Virus record (IMG/VR): IMGVR_UViG_3300028025_003339
Span: 1 to 60,471 of that record
Origin: a virus
Lineage: Duplodnaviria > Caudoviricetes
DNA: 60,471 nucleotides
Reading direction: 5' to 3' (one strand)
In this document: positions 29,427 to 39,503 of the stretch, piece by piece
How the letters are laid out: the number at the start of each line of letters is the position of its first letter
How positions within the stretch are numbered: the stretch's first letter is position 1
Program-made: the position numbers and the translations under genes
The notes under the pieces: generated by a model
The model's database searches: none
Seen by the model: only the letters and a program-made list of their open reading frames with translations
Told to the model about the DNA's origin: nothing

Positions 29427-29717
29427 ATGGACTTAACAGCAGAAATGGAAAACTACAACAAGGTTAAAGATGTTGTACTTAACAAATTAGTAAGTGAGGG
29501 ACTATTGGAACAATCTGATTCAGAAGAATTTTCTGAAAGATGTCAGGTTTTAGCTTACAAAGGTAAGTGGTTTAGTAAGTGGTTTGATAAGAATGTAAAA
29601 TCGGAAAACTCCGACGCAAACCCCAATAGTTACTACATTCGTATAATCGAATTAAAAGAGCGCGAAGATGATGTTGATAAATTATTAAGAAGAACAACCG
29701 GAAATTACGATGATTAA
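29427..29717 (+). CDS. Hypothetical protein
   Basis: ORF within operon. Confidence 0.6.
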   Translation: MDLTAEMENYNKVKDVVLNKLVSEGLLEQSDSEEFSERCQVLAYKGKWFSKWFDKNVKSENSDANPNSYYIRIIELKEREDDVDKLLRRTTGNYDD

Positions 29718-30012
29718 TTATTTATTAATTCTATTCTTTCAAATTATGTTTAACATCTTCAAAGTAATGGAGATAAAATTTACATATGAAAATAATATTA
29801 AAAGCTTATTAGTTAATAGTTTTTGGATTAGCCTCGTATCATTAGGTGCCACGTATTATTCATTGGATGGATTATTCAAAGGTGATTACTTAGGTGTTGT
29901 ATTTTATATTGCTGGAAGTATCATCGGTAAATGGTTTGCAATGACTCACTACGAACCAATCAAAGATAAATTAAAACCATTCTTTAAGAAAAATGAAAAA
30001 GAAATATTATAA
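29710..30012 (+). CDS. Small multi-pass membrane protein
   Basis: Three hydrophobic segments. Confidence 0.6.
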   Translation: MINYLLILFFQIMFNIFKVMEIKFTYENNIKSLLVNSFWISLVSLGATYYSLDGLFKGDYLGVVFYIAGSIIGKWFAMTHYEPIKDKLKPFFKKNEKEIL

Positions 30013-30181
30013 AGATTTTTTTATCTATAAAAAGAAACATCATTGGTATATTTTACCAGCGTTTATATTTTACTACGATAAAGATGAATACTTAGAAGAT
30101 GGTAAAACATCACCATCTTGGGGATTAACTATTAGATGGTTACAATATATGATCGGATTTCAAATTCAAGAAGCAATATGA
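29993..30181 (+). CDS. Hypothetical protein
   Basis: Overlap-coupled ORF. Confidence 0.5.
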   Translation: MKKKYYKDFFIYKKKHHWYILPAFIFYYDKDEYLEDGKTSPSWGLTIRWLQYMIGFQIQEAI

Positions 30182-30546
30182 TAAATAGAAAAGACACATT
30201 GATTAGATTTTTTGGTGGTGTAATTATTATTGTCTTGTTGACAATAATTGCATTAAGAAAACCACATGATATGGTACCTCCCGCAATTGAAACTTGTAAA
30301 GAAGATTCTCTACAAAATGTAATTAATCAGTTGAAAATTGAGTCTGAAAACGAGGAAGATGGATGGGACAATAAAGAGAAAAGATATGAAGAAGTGTTAT
30401 TTGAGTATGAACTCGGATTAGACCATTTAAAACATTATCACCCGACCGCATATAAAGAATTCCATAGAATTGTTGGTTTTAGAGAAAACTATTCACACGA
30501 AACTGAACGTGAAAACAAAAAAAGATTACAAGTAGAAAAATGGTAA
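30178..30546 (+). CDS. Membrane-anchored hypothetical protein
   Basis: N-terminal TM helix; ATGA overlap start. Confidence 0.6.
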   Translation: MINRKDTLIRFFGGVIIIVLLTIIALRKPHDMVPPAIETCKEDSLQNVINQLKIESENEEDGWDNKEKRYEEVLFEYELGLDHLKHYHPTAYKEFHRIVGFRENYSHETERENKKRLQVEKW

Positions 30547-30547
30547 T

Positions 30548-31177
30548 ATGAGGTTGTTTACATTTGGTGATAGTTTTACTGAAGGATATTGTGATTATTC
30601 TATTTGGTCAACCTCCTACATTAAATGGAAAGGTTACAAACCAAAAATATTTTCAGAATTAATTTCTGAAAATATGAATATTGAATTAATCAATTACGGA
30701 GTGGGTGGATATGATAACTATTCAATTTTAGAATCGTTTTTTAAACATTATTCTGAGATAAATGAAGATGATTTAGTTTTAATAAATTGGTCTTCCTTTC
30801 AGAGATTTAGAGTAGTTAAAAAAAGTGGAGGATGGATTACAATCATACCAAATTTCGAAAATATAATAGATGATATAGATATCTCACAAACAACAATTGA
30901 AGAGATTTTAGTAAATAGAGATTCGGATGAATTAATAGATGAAGTAAATCATTGGATAGATTATATTAATGTAACTAATAAAAAAATTAGAATAATTAAT
31001 TGGACTCCGTTTACCAATAAATTAAATTGTTATTTTTTTGGTGGATATGAAACCATTTTAGACGAAACGAATGGTAAAATTTCCGATGGTCATTTTTCAG
31101 AAAATGGTCAAATTCAATTGTACAAAGATATTATTAGGATAATAAAAGAAGACCCAAGTAAAAAAAAATTAATATGA
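30548..31177 (+). CDS. SGNH-like protein
   Basis: FGDSFTEG, GYDN, DGHFS. Confidence 0.7.
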   Translation: MRLFTFGDSFTEGYCDYSIWSTSYIKWKGYKPKIFSELISENMNIELINYGVGGYDNYSILESFFKHYSEINEDDLVLINWSSFQRFRVVKKSGGWITIIPNFENIIDDIDISQTTIEEILVNRDSDELIDEVNHWIDYINVTNKKIRIINWTPFTNKLNCYFFGGYETILDETNGKISDGHFSENGQIQLYKDIIRIIKEDPSKKKLI

Positions 31178-32382
31178 ATATGAATACATTGGATTCCAAA
31201 TATCAAGATCTATTACAAGACATTTTAGATAACGGAGTTGTTAAATCAGATAGAACAGGAACTGGTACTATATCGGTATTTGGTAGACAAATTAAACATA
31301 AGATGTCACAAGGGTTTCCATTACTTACAACAAAGAAGATGGCTTGGAAGACAATGGTAACGGAGTTGTTATGGTTTCTTAAAGGAGATACTAATATCAA
31401 ATATCTTGTTAATAATGGTTGTAACATTTGGAATGGTGACGCATTTAAAAACTACACTAAAGAAGTAAATCAACTTATTGATGGATATATGTGTGGTGAT
31501 ATAATGGGAATGCAACCACACATTGAGGATATGTTTAGCAATCCGGATGACTTAACACCATTAACCCAAGAGGAGTTTATTGATAAGATAAAAACTAATG
31601 ATGAGTTTGCTGAGGAGTGGGGTGAGTTGGGTCCAATATATGGTGCGCAGTGGAGAGAGTGGCACACAAAGACACTTATTAAAACTACATTAAAAGATCC
31701 TTTAACCGGAAACGACACATATGTTCAGGGTGACAAATGGATAGACCAAATTGAAAATCTAATTGAAGAACTAAAAACAAATCCTGATAGTAGAAGATTA
31801 ATGGTTTCTGCTTGGAATGTTGGTGAGTTAGATAAAATGGTTTTACCACCATGTCATTATGGGTTCCAAGTTTACACAAGAGAATTGACAGGTGAAGAAA
31901 GATGGGATTTGTTAAAGAATAAAGTTGGAGAAGTTAAGTTCCAATTGATGGTCGAAGATATTGTTCCATTCGGTGGAGGTTTGAGTGAGGAATTACAAAT
32001 ATATAATATCCCTAAACGAGCAATATCGTTAATGTGGAATCAAAGATCCGTAGACACCTTTTTAGGTTTACCATTCAATATCGCATCGTATGGTTTGTTA
32101 TTGGAGATTATTGCCAGAGAAGTTAATATGGTTACAGAAGATTTGATTGGTAACTTAGGTGACGTTCATCTATATAAAAACCATATTGAACAAGCAAAGG
32201 AACAAATCGGTAGAGAACCATATAAGAACTTACCTACATTAAATTTTAGCCCAATACCATCGGCACATTTTGAACACCATTTGGATAGTTTTATTGATTT
32301 TGTAAAAGAACTACAACCTTACCAATTCATTATTGATGAGTACGAAAGCCACCCAACTATTAAAGCGCCATTAAGTAATTAA
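31174..32382 (+). CDS. thyA: Thymidylate synthase with insertions
   Basis: DRTGTGT, ELLWFL, LGPIYG, PPCH, QRSVD..LGLPFNIASY, GDVHLY. Confidence 0.95.
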   Translation: MNMNTLDSKYQDLLQDILDNGVVKSDRTGTGTISVFGRQIKHKMSQGFPLLTTKKMAWKTMVTELLWFLKGDTNIKYLVNNGCNIWNGDAFKNYTKEVNQLIDGYMCGDIMGMQPHIEDMFSNPDDLTPLTQEEFIDKIKTNDEFAEEWGELGPIYGAQWREWHTKTLIKTTLKDPLTGNDTYVQGDKWIDQIENLIEELKTNPDSRRLMVSAWNVGELDKMVLPPCHYGFQVYTRELTGEERWDLLKNKVGEVKFQLMVEDIVPFGGGLSEELQIYNIPKRAISLMWNQRSVDTFLGLPFNIASYGLLLEIIAREVNMVTEDLIGNLGDVHLYKNHIEQAKEQIGREPYKNLPTLNFSPIPSAHFEHHLDSFIDFVKELQPYQFIIDEYESHPTIKAPLSN

Positions 32383-32383
32383 C

Positions 32384-32623
32384 ATGTTTATTCACATTAC
32401 GCCAGACGAATTAGAAGAAGAGTTTAGAGAGTCGTGGAAATTAGGATTCATTACTCAACCATCAATAGATTATGCGGATAATGCAATCTATGCTATTTTT
32501 GAAAGTAGACAAGTAATAATATTCAGATTTAAAAACTATGGATGGATAAATGATAATAGATTCAACACCTATAAAATAAGTGCCGGATCGGCAGGAATTA
32601 CAATTAACATAATAAAAAAATGA
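32384..32623 (+). CDS. Hypothetical protein
   Basis: ORF within operon. Confidence 0.55.
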   Translation: MFIHITPDELEEEFRESWKLGFITQPSIDYADNAIYAIFESRQVIIFRFKNYGWINDNRFNTYKISAGSAGITINIIKK

Positions 32624-33207
32624 AAACAATTATTATAACATTATTATTTACAATTTTAACGGGGTTTACATTTCTACCTGATTATAAAATTCTATTTGTG
32701 GGAGATTCATTAACAGCATATAGTAAAGGTTGGCAACATCAATATTCAAAAATGAGAGGAGCTGATTACGATAACATATCGAAAGGAGGTAAACGAACTA
32801 AATGGATGTTAGAACAAATGAAAAAATATCCAACCGAATCGTACAAATATAATGAAGTAGTGATCTATGGAGGTATCAACGATTCATTTAGTTATGTGAG
32901 TGAAGATGAGACAATACACAACATTCAGGAGATGGTCTACATTGCAAAAAGAATGGGTGCAGTACCTATTGTAATTGTAGGATATGATCCGAATAAAGTA
33001 ATTAAGAACACATCATATTCGAATGAAGTTGAAACACGATGTCGAAATCGATATATCAAACTACAAAAAAGAATGATAAGGGATTTGAAGTGGTGTGTTG
33101 TAGTTCCGATGGATACCACAATAAATAGAAATGACTCCGATGATGGTGTTCATTTAAGGGGAAGTGGACATAAGAAGTTCTCAAAATGGGTTGTAGAAAA
33201 TTTATAA
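32620..33207 (+). CDS. Secreted SGNH/GDSL esterase
   Basis: Signal-like N-terminus, GDSL, GGIND, DGVH. Confidence 0.8.
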   Translation: MKTIIITLLFTILTGFTFLPDYKILFVGDSLTAYSKGWQHQYSKMRGADYDNISKGGKRTKWMLEQMKKYPTESYKYNEVVIYGGINDSFSYVSEDETIHNIQEMVYIAKRMGAVPIVIVGYDPNKVIKNTSYSNEVETRCRNRYIKLQKRMIRDLKWCVVVPMDTTINRNDSDDGVHLRGSGHKKFSKWVVENL

Positions 33208-33211
33208 TATT

Positions 33212-33703
33212 ATGAAAAAGAAATTAAAAAAAATTATTCTGTTAGGTACAACACTAACACTATTGACAACGATGTCATTTGGTCAAAACCAATTTTCAGA
33301 TTATGTGACTTATTTAAAAAATAACACCTCAAACCTAAAACCATTGGAATCATTTGTTATGGAATGGTATGGGGTTAGATATAAGTTAGGGGGGTCCACC
33401 AAAAAAGGTATAGATTGTTCACAATATACCAAAAAACTATATTGGGAGGTTTATGGAAAGAAATTGGGAAACAATTGTGCAGAACAATGGAAACAAACCA
33501 CAAGAATTGAAAAGGTTAATTTGGTGGTTGGGGATATTGTGTTTTTTAGAAGTAAAGAGAGTCCAAGTGGTTGGCATTGTGGTCTTTATTTGGGAAATGA
33601 TACGTTCTCACACGCGGCGAATAAAAAAGACGGGGTCAAGATAAGTAGCTTATCCGAACCCCGTTACCTTCGTTCATATAAGGGTGCAGGACGTTTGAAT
33701 TAA
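33212..33703 (+). CDS. NlpC/P60 peptidoglycan endopeptidase
   Basis: W.GVRYKLGG..KGIDCS, GDIVFF, HCGLY, HA. Confidence 0.9.
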   Translation: MKKKLKKIILLGTTLTLLTTMSFGQNQFSDYVTYLKNNTSNLKPLESFVMEWYGVRYKLGGSTKKGIDCSQYTKKLYWEVYGKKLGNNCAEQWKQTTRIEKVNLVVGDIVFFRSKESPSGWHCGLYLGNDTFSHAANKKDGVKISSLSEPRYLRSYKGAGRLN

Positions 33704-33834
33704 CGACCCTGACCTCTATACTTCTTCGGTTTTTGAGCTTTTGGACCCCAAGATTTTTGAGCTTTTCCGCTCTTTCTCTTACCGAAAGTGACCTTCATTG
33801 AAGATGCTGCACCTTTACCTTTAGCTTTTGCCAT
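33700..33834 (-). CDS. Small basic protein ending KKYRGQGR (not in ORF track)
   Basis: MAKAKGKGAASSMKVTFGKRKSGKAQKSWGPKAQKPKKYRGQGR*; TACTTATA upstream. Confidence 0.65.
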   Translation of the reverse strand: MAKAKGKGAASSMKVTFGKRKSGKAQKSWGPKAQKPKKYRGQGR

Positions 33835-33903
33835 AATATTTACGTTTTTATATAAGTATTTTATTATTTTTTTTCATATATTTGTTGAAATTAATTTAAT
33901 CCA

Positions 33904-35796
33904 ATGGAAGACATTATCACTCAAAAGTTCAATTACGCAACCATTACTTTGTTTAAGGACTATTCTAAATTAATTGACAAGAAAAAGTCGTTAAACTCCG
34001 TTTCAACCAATTTAGATTTATTTGATGACGATGAGGATTTATTTGAAAAAAATAAAAAAAATATTAGGTTTTTCATTGATAACATAAGGAAACCATCAGT
34101 TGGTATGATGGTCGATTTTCCAGAAAAAATAGGTAAAAGAAAAACTAAGTTCTTTTATGGTGAACAAGGCGTAAACGAAACAAGCACCATAAATTATGCA
34201 ATTAAAGATTTCCAAACAAGGGACGACAGACACATTAAACGACACTATGGTAATCCATTTAGTAAGATTTCCGTAACCACGATAGAACGTTCAGTCAGAA
34301 AACATGGTGATAAAGTAACAATAAAGATTTATCGTAATCATAGTTATAGGGATTTTAATAACATTTATTTCAGAAAATCATCGAGTGTTGAATCGGTAAC
34401 TTTCAACCTTAAAACAGGTAATTTTACTACACTTACCATGAATAAAAGTGGTAAAACCACAAACAAAACATTTAGAACTAACAACTTCAATTTTTTGGAG
34501 ATGATATTCAAAGATGGTGGCATTTTAAACATGAGAAAGTGTTTAGATGATAACTCAGTTCTTTTGAAAGAATATAATGAAACATTTAACAATACTGACT
34601 TTATTTATGAGATTGATAAAGTATTTAACCTCAATCAAAATTTTAGTTTTAATGGTATATGGTTCTGTCAATTAATGTTAGAACGTTTTGTTGAATTTAA
34701 AAAAATTAAAGTATCCAACAACTACAATTATTGGATTAAAAAATATTACCCAACTGAAAAATTCCTAAAGAAAAACGACAGGAAACTTATCGCTTCAATT
34801 TTAGATATATTTGAAATCAAATCTAAAATTACAATTAAATTAATGCACGAGAATGGTAAAATGGATATTAATTCATTGGCTCGTCTATGTTATCTTTTTG
34901 GTGATAACTTCTCAAAATACATTGGTAGTATTGAATCACGACACTTTTTGAACACATCATATGAAAGTAGTTATTCTGGAGGAGAATACCCTAAATTTAA
35001 GTTTGCTAAAGAATTTAAAAATCACGGATATCAAATTAGTAATAATGAAAAAGAAAATATTGTTAAAATTATTAACAATTTAAATTGTGAAGTAAAAGGT
35101 TATCAAAGATTAACTAATGAAAAAGAAACACTAATTAATCCAAGGTTTGTTGGTGATTTACATGACCATTTTAATATGATTAAAAAGTTACGTCAATTCA
35201 TTCCTGATTTACAATTAAGGTCTAAGAATATTGATGACTTTGATAAGGAACATCTTGAACTATCTAAAATGATGAAGTTCATTAAAAAGGGTTATGTAAC
35301 TGAATATCGTTTTGCCGATAAAATGGTTGAGGATATTGAATCCCCAATTAAAGTTAAAATTAATTTAGGAGATACCGATAACCCCACATGGGTCACACCC
35401 GAATACTATCCCCACATTCTAAAACGAGAAGAAGAATACGATGAAGAGGGTAAGTTCATGCACCATTGTGTTGCTTCATATTCCGATAAAGACAAGTCAA
35501 TCATTATTTCAGTAAGAACTGAAGATAGTAAAGACAGGGTAACTTGTGAGTTTGATTGTCAAACAGGTAATATGATTCAAGCAAGACATTTTTGTAACGC
35601 TCAACCACCGGAGGATATTGCTTTAGCAATTGAACAATTGAGGAAGAAAGCAAAAACCTATGCGAGAATGGGCATTTTACATTGTATTGAGAGTAGAAAA
35701 GTTCCTGTAAAAATTAATGGGATTGAGGTTGTTCCTGAAAAGAAAGAGCCCATAGCACAAAGTGCGTTTGATAGGTTGTTTGAACATCAGTTTTAA
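33904..35796 (+). CDS. PcfJ-like domain protein
   Basis: C-terminal EEGKFMHHCVASY...RVTCEF...QARHFCN; TATATTTG at 33877. Confidence 0.7.
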   Translation: MEDIITQKFNYATITLFKDYSKLIDKKKSLNSVSTNLDLFDDDEDLFEKNKKNIRFFIDNIRKPSVGMMVDFPEKIGKRKTKFFYGEQGVNETSTINYAIKDFQTRDDRHIKRHYGNPFSKISVTTIERSVRKHGDKVTIKIYRNHSYRDFNNIYFRKSSSVESVTFNLKTGNFTTLTMNKSGKTTNKTFRTNNFNFLEMIFKDGGILNMRKCLDDNSVLLKEYNETFNNTDFIYEIDKVFNLNQNFSFNGIWFCQLMLERFVEFKKIKVSNNYNYWIKKYYPTEKFLKKNDRKLIASILDIFEIKSKITIKLMHENGKMDINSLARLCYLFGDNFSKYIGSIESRHFLNTSYESSYSGGEYPKFKFAKEFKNHGYQISNNEKENIVKIINNLNCEVKGYQRLTNEKETLINPRFVGDLHDHFNMIKKLRQFIPDLQLRSKNIDDFDKEHLELSKMMKFIKKGYVTEYRFADKMVEDIESPIKVKINLGDTDNPTWVTPEYYPHILKREEEYDEEGKFMHHCVASYSDKDKSIIISVRTEDSKDRVTCEFDCQTGNMIQARHFCNAQPPEDIALAIEQLRKKAKTYARMGILHCIESRKVPVKINGIEVVPEKKEPIAQSAFDRLFEHQF

Positions 35797-35826
35797 CTAC
35801 ACAATGTCAATAAATCCATATATATT

Positions 35827-37221
35827 TTGTATATGGATTTATTATTTAAATACAATCAAGAGAAGAACGATAAGTACAATTCAAAATCTACCTGTGATTT
35901 AAAATTGTTCTATGATGGTACCACAATCATATACGATTCATTATTTGATTTTGAATACCAAAGATATGGTAACAAAAAAAAAGTTCAATTTCATCATAAC
36001 TTATCCTTTAGTACAACTACGGGAGATGTTATCGTCACATATAAAATCATCAACGATAATTTAACGAACGAAAAATCATATAACAACAAAACAAAAACTA
36101 AAAAGAATGATTTTAATTTATTGTTTGAGTTAACCGATAATGGATTTATTAGGGGTGAGAAAAGAATTGGATATTGGGGGGTAAAATACCACAGAGCTCA
36201 AGACACAATATGTGAGATGATGATGAATATATTGAGACCTAAATTCACATCATCATTTTTAAAAGATAAGGAGTACGATAAACCAGCACTTAATCGAATG
36301 TACGATATGTTGGTTGATTTTCATTTAGATTGTAAAAATATTAAATCTCATGATGGGATTTATTACGATATACAAAACGATTATCCAAAGAAGAAATGGT
36401 TAGTGAAGAATGACTATAAGTTTTTACCTGCAGTTTTAGATTCGTATGGAATAAAATCCAGATACTTAATTGGTGAACTAAACAAATACGAAGGTAAACC
36501 AATACATATCAGTTCTTTAAATTACATTTGTAAATTATTCGGTGAAAATTATATTGACTACATTAAAAAAATAGTGTGGGAAAATCACTGCTTCGATTTA
36601 CCACCAAACAAAAAGATACACCAACTTAAAAATGAATCTGAAAAAGATTGTATGGTAAAGGCAATCAATAATTGGGAAACCGAAACGTTAAGATCAGACA
36701 CTCTCATTTATTCATTAAATAAGTTATTTACGATACGAGATTTATTGGAGTCTAAGAAAATAGATTTAAAGTTTAAGGCAAAGAACGACAACGAATTTGA
36801 AAACCATATGGAAACTTGGTTAGGATATAAATTACACTTTGCTAGAGGGTATAGGGTTAGATATTCAATACCAACAGATGTTGTTAATGATATGGAGATG
36901 GACATCGTCCTTAATGGTGAAACATATAAACCAAACGTATTGTTAACAGAAGAAGATTATAGGGTTGAGGGGTTCACTATGAAGAATTGTATGGCTAAAC
37001 AATTTCCTCACGGATCTATCTACATTTTTATATCTTTACATCACGGAAGAAAAAGGATTAACCTACAATATAGAAAAGGTAATCTAATACAATCGTATGG
37101 TAAGGCCAATACAACCGTTCCTGATTCATATAACGAGGTAATCGATATATTAACACAAAGAATGAAAAAACACCACAACATTGAGTGGAAAAAAGAGAAA
37201 TACGATTTCTTAACTTATTGA
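35827..37221 (+). CDS. PcfJ-like domain protein, paralog
   Basis: EGFTMKNCM...QSYGKAN; YP.KKWL.KND shared with its neighbour. Confidence 0.65.
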   Translation: MYMDLLFKYNQEKNDKYNSKSTCDLKLFYDGTTIIYDSLFDFEYQRYGNKKKVQFHHNLSFSTTTGDVIVTYKIINDNLTNEKSYNNKTKTKKNDFNLLFELTDNGFIRGEKRIGYWGVKYHRAQDTICEMMMNILRPKFTSSFLKDKEYDKPALNRMYDMLVDFHLDCKNIKSHDGIYYDIQNDYPKKKWLVKNDYKFLPAVLDSYGIKSRYLIGELNKYEGKPIHISSLNYICKLFGENYIDYIKKIVWENHCFDLPPNKKIHQLKNESEKDCMVKAINNWETETLRSDTLIYSLNKLFTIRDLLESKKIDLKFKAKNDNEFENHMETWLGYKLHFARGYRVRYSIPTDVVNDMEMDIVLNGETYKPNVLLTEEDYRVEGFTMKNCMAKQFPHGSIYIFISLHHGRKRINLQYRKGNLIQSYGKANTTVPDSYNEVIDILTQRMKKHHNIEWKKEKYDFLTY

Positions 37222-37254
37222 TTATCAACACCTAAAAAATATTTTAAGCTAAAT

Positions 37255-37285
37255 TTTGCGTTGTCGATTTGATTACTTATATTTG
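37255..37285 (+). promoter_or_regulatory. Bacteroidota sigma70-type promoter
   Basis: TTTG-N19-TATATTTG. Confidence 0.7.
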
Positions 37286-37305
37286 TTTTATAAAACATCA
37301 AAATC

Positions 37306-37470
37306 ATGCAAGAAAAAGAATCAAAAACAAACAGACATTTTTGGATTAGTATTGTAAAGTCGGGTATTAGAATCGGGGCTTGCTATTTTCTATTCCACGA
37401 ACAATTTGGTAACACCGCAATTTCATTGGCATTAGCTGAGGTATTGGGAATTGCAGAAGAAGTATTTTAA
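37306..37470 (+). CDS. Small hydrophobic protein (not in ORF track)
   Basis: MQEKESKTNRHFWISIVKSGIRI...AEVLGIAEEVF*. Confidence 0.55.
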   Translation: MQEKESKTNRHFWISIVKSGIRIGACYFLFHEQFGNTAISLALAEVLGIAEEVF

Positions 37471-37515
37471 TTATGAATTTTTATTTAACCATAGCATTCA
37501 CTAAAAAAGTAAAAG

Positions 37516-37815
37516 ATGAACTCAACAATCAGACCAACAAACAACTTCGACACGACCGCGTTCGAAGAACTAAACTTTCAAGCACATCCAATGGGAATGG
37601 GAAAACAATGTGTGGTCCAATTTCTAAATGGTTACGGGGCTAGTATTGTACAAACTCCATACACCTATGGTGGTGATAAAGGTTTGTACGAATTGGCAGT
37701 ATTAAATGGATATGGTGAAATCACTTATGAAACACCAATCACCGACGACGTACTTGGATACCTTACAGAAGAAGAAGTTGAAAGAACATTACTTGACATT
37801 AAAAATTTAGATTAA
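37516..37815 (+). CDS. Conserved phage hypothetical protein
   Basis: F.NGYGASIV...[20 protein letters not shown]. Confidence 0.7.
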   Translation: MNSTIRPTNNFDTTAFEELNFQAHPMGMGKQCVVQFLNGYGASIVQTPYTYGGDKGLYELAVLNGYGEITYETPITDDVLGYLTEEEVERTLLDIKNLD

Positions 37816-38108
37816 TGACAACCGAAAGTAAATTCAGGGCCGGAATTATGACATCTTTATTGGGGTTGGTGATGATGACATTTGCATATCTTGAAAAAGA
37901 TAGGAAGTACAATGAAACCTATAATAAATTAACCCATACGAGAGATAGTTTATTAATTCAAAAAATGTTATCGGATAGTTTACATGATGAGTTATTTATT
38001 TCAAATGTTGAGATTAATAGACACGAACTAACTAGAGATTATTTCTTTAAGAAACATTCAAACCTACAAATAGAATACGAAAATTATTTACACCTCGAAA
38101 CAGAATAA
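37815..38108 (+). CDS. Membrane-anchored hypothetical protein
   Basis: N-terminal TM helix. Confidence 0.55.
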   Translation: MTTESKFRAGIMTSLLGLVMMTFAYLEKDRKYNETYNKLTHTRDSLLIQKMLSDSLHDELFISNVEINRHELTRDYFFKKHSNLQIEYENYLHLETE

Positions 38109-38109
38109 C

Positions 38110-38433
38110 ATGTCAGACGAAGATTTTAAAAAACATATTAGTGGTGACCTAAATTTAGGTGGAACAAAATACTTGAACATTAAAGCGAGTACCATTATTA
38201 GTATGAACGAACAATTTACCGTTTACACACAAGACGGGCCAAAGTATTTAAATGTTAACATTAGTGCAGATTTTGACGAGATACCAAAAAAATATCATGA
38301 GGTATTTTTAAATGTATTGACCTCAAAGTATTCAAACTCAGTTTCATTTGGAAACAACCCATTTTCAGAATGTAAACCAGTTCAAAAAAAGAAATGGTGG
38401 CAGTTTTGGAAGACACAATATTTCTCAAAATAA
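38110..38433 (+). CDS. Hypothetical protein
   Basis: C-terminal KKKWWQFWK amphipathic motif. Confidence 0.6.
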   Translation: MSDEDFKKHISGDLNLGGTKYLNIKASTIISMNEQFTVYTQDGPKYLNVNISADFDEIPKKYHEVFLNVLTSKYSNSVSFGNNPFSECKPVQKKKWWQFWKTQYFSK

Positions 38434-38436
38434 AAA

Positions 38437-38596
38437 TATGTATATGAAGTATGTTGCGTTATTAATGATTTTTACAGGTTTATGGATGGCTTACGAAATT
38501 TGGAGAGCACCATTACTTGAGGAAACTGAAAATGGTAATTACAAAACTAAAAGACCGACCAAAAAATTAAGTGACTTATGGCGAAAGCGAAACTAG
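38437..38596 (+). CDS. Small membrane protein (start approximate)
   Basis: MYMKYVALLMIFTGLWMAYEIWRAP. Confidence 0.45.
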
Positions 38597-38823
38597 TTTA
38601 TGATTTAAACGAACCAGATGATGTAATGGCACATAAAAGGGCGGTTAAATCATTGGATTTAGCTTTGGCACTATGGAGCATAACTCACAACACTAAAAAG
38701 AGTTTAGAGTGGTCTATGGAAGGAAAAGAGATGGATAAGTACGATGCTCTTGAAATGGTATTTGAAAAGATACATGAAATCATATCCGAACATAATATTG
38801 ATTTAGATGATTTAATAGAGTAA
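38578..38823 (+). CDS. Hypothetical protein
   Basis: MAKAKLVYDL phage-type N-terminus. Confidence 0.6.
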   Translation: MAKAKLVYDLNEPDDVMAHKRAVKSLDLALALWSITHNTKKSLEWSMEGKEMDKYDALEMVFEKIHEIISEHNIDLDDLIE

Positions 38824-38828
38824 TATTT

Positions 38829-39164
38829 ATGAATATGATTACAATTTCTGAAAAAGCTTTAGAACATTTACTTACACTAATGGTATCTGAGCAATTAACA
38901 CCTGACACACATAACTTGAGAGTCGGAGTTAAAGGTGGTGGATGTAGTGGTCTTTCATATGAGATGGACTTTGATGATACTATGACCGATATGGATGAGA
39001 TTGTTGATTTAGGTCCATTAAAGGTCGTTATCGATAAGAAATCCATATTATATCTATTTGGTACTGAGTTACAATACTCTGACGGATTAAACGGAAAGGG
39101 GTTCCATTGGGTTAATCCTAATGCAAGTAGAACTTGTGGATGTGGGGAAAGTTTTAGTCTTTAA
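38829..39164 (+). CDS. iscA: A-type Fe-S carrier (IscA/SufA/HesB)
   Basis: GGGCSGLSY, NPNASRTCGCGESF. Confidence 0.92.
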   Translation: MNMITISEKALEHLLTLMVSEQLTPDTHNLRVGVKGGGCSGLSYEMDFDDTMTDMDEIVDLGPLKVVIDKKSILYLFGTELQYSDGLNGKGFHWVNPNASRTCGCGESFSL

Positions 39165-39221
39165 ATTTTTTATTTTCAATTTTATTTTGTATCTTTCTAT
39201 TAAACATTTAAAAATAATATT

Positions 39222-39503
39222 ATGCCAGAATTTACAGCAGAAGTGGACATTGATCCAAGTGAATTTATCGACTCTTGTAATAGTCGAGAATTAAAAAGAT
39301 TGGTTGAAATTTTAGAGGAAGATGGACACATCCAACCCTCAGAAGAAACCACAAATAAAAATAACGGAGTTCGCAGACCCAACATCAATGACTTAACATT
39401 TTGGGATAGTCTTGATAGGTTAGCAAAGTGTAGAGATTTGTTATCTTTGGAAGAAGAGAATTTCATCAACAATCTTGCAAACAAATACAAATACATTAGA
39501 TGA
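39222..39503 (+). CDS. Hypothetical protein
   Basis: 93-aa ORF. Confidence 0.6.
   Translation: MPEFTAEVDIDPSEFIDSCNSRELKRLVEILEEDGHIQPSEETTNKNNGVRRPNINDLTFWDSLDRLAKCRDLLSLEEENFINNLANKYKYIR

Noticed and set aside
31174-32382. Intron/intein in thyA, or a dCMP hydroxymethylase
   Set aside because: The inserts are short and in frame with no splicing motifs, and the dUMP-specifying Asn is retained.
33788-33973. Plus-strand 61-aa ORF
   Set aside because: It overlaps the better-supported minus-strand basic protein and a promoter region.
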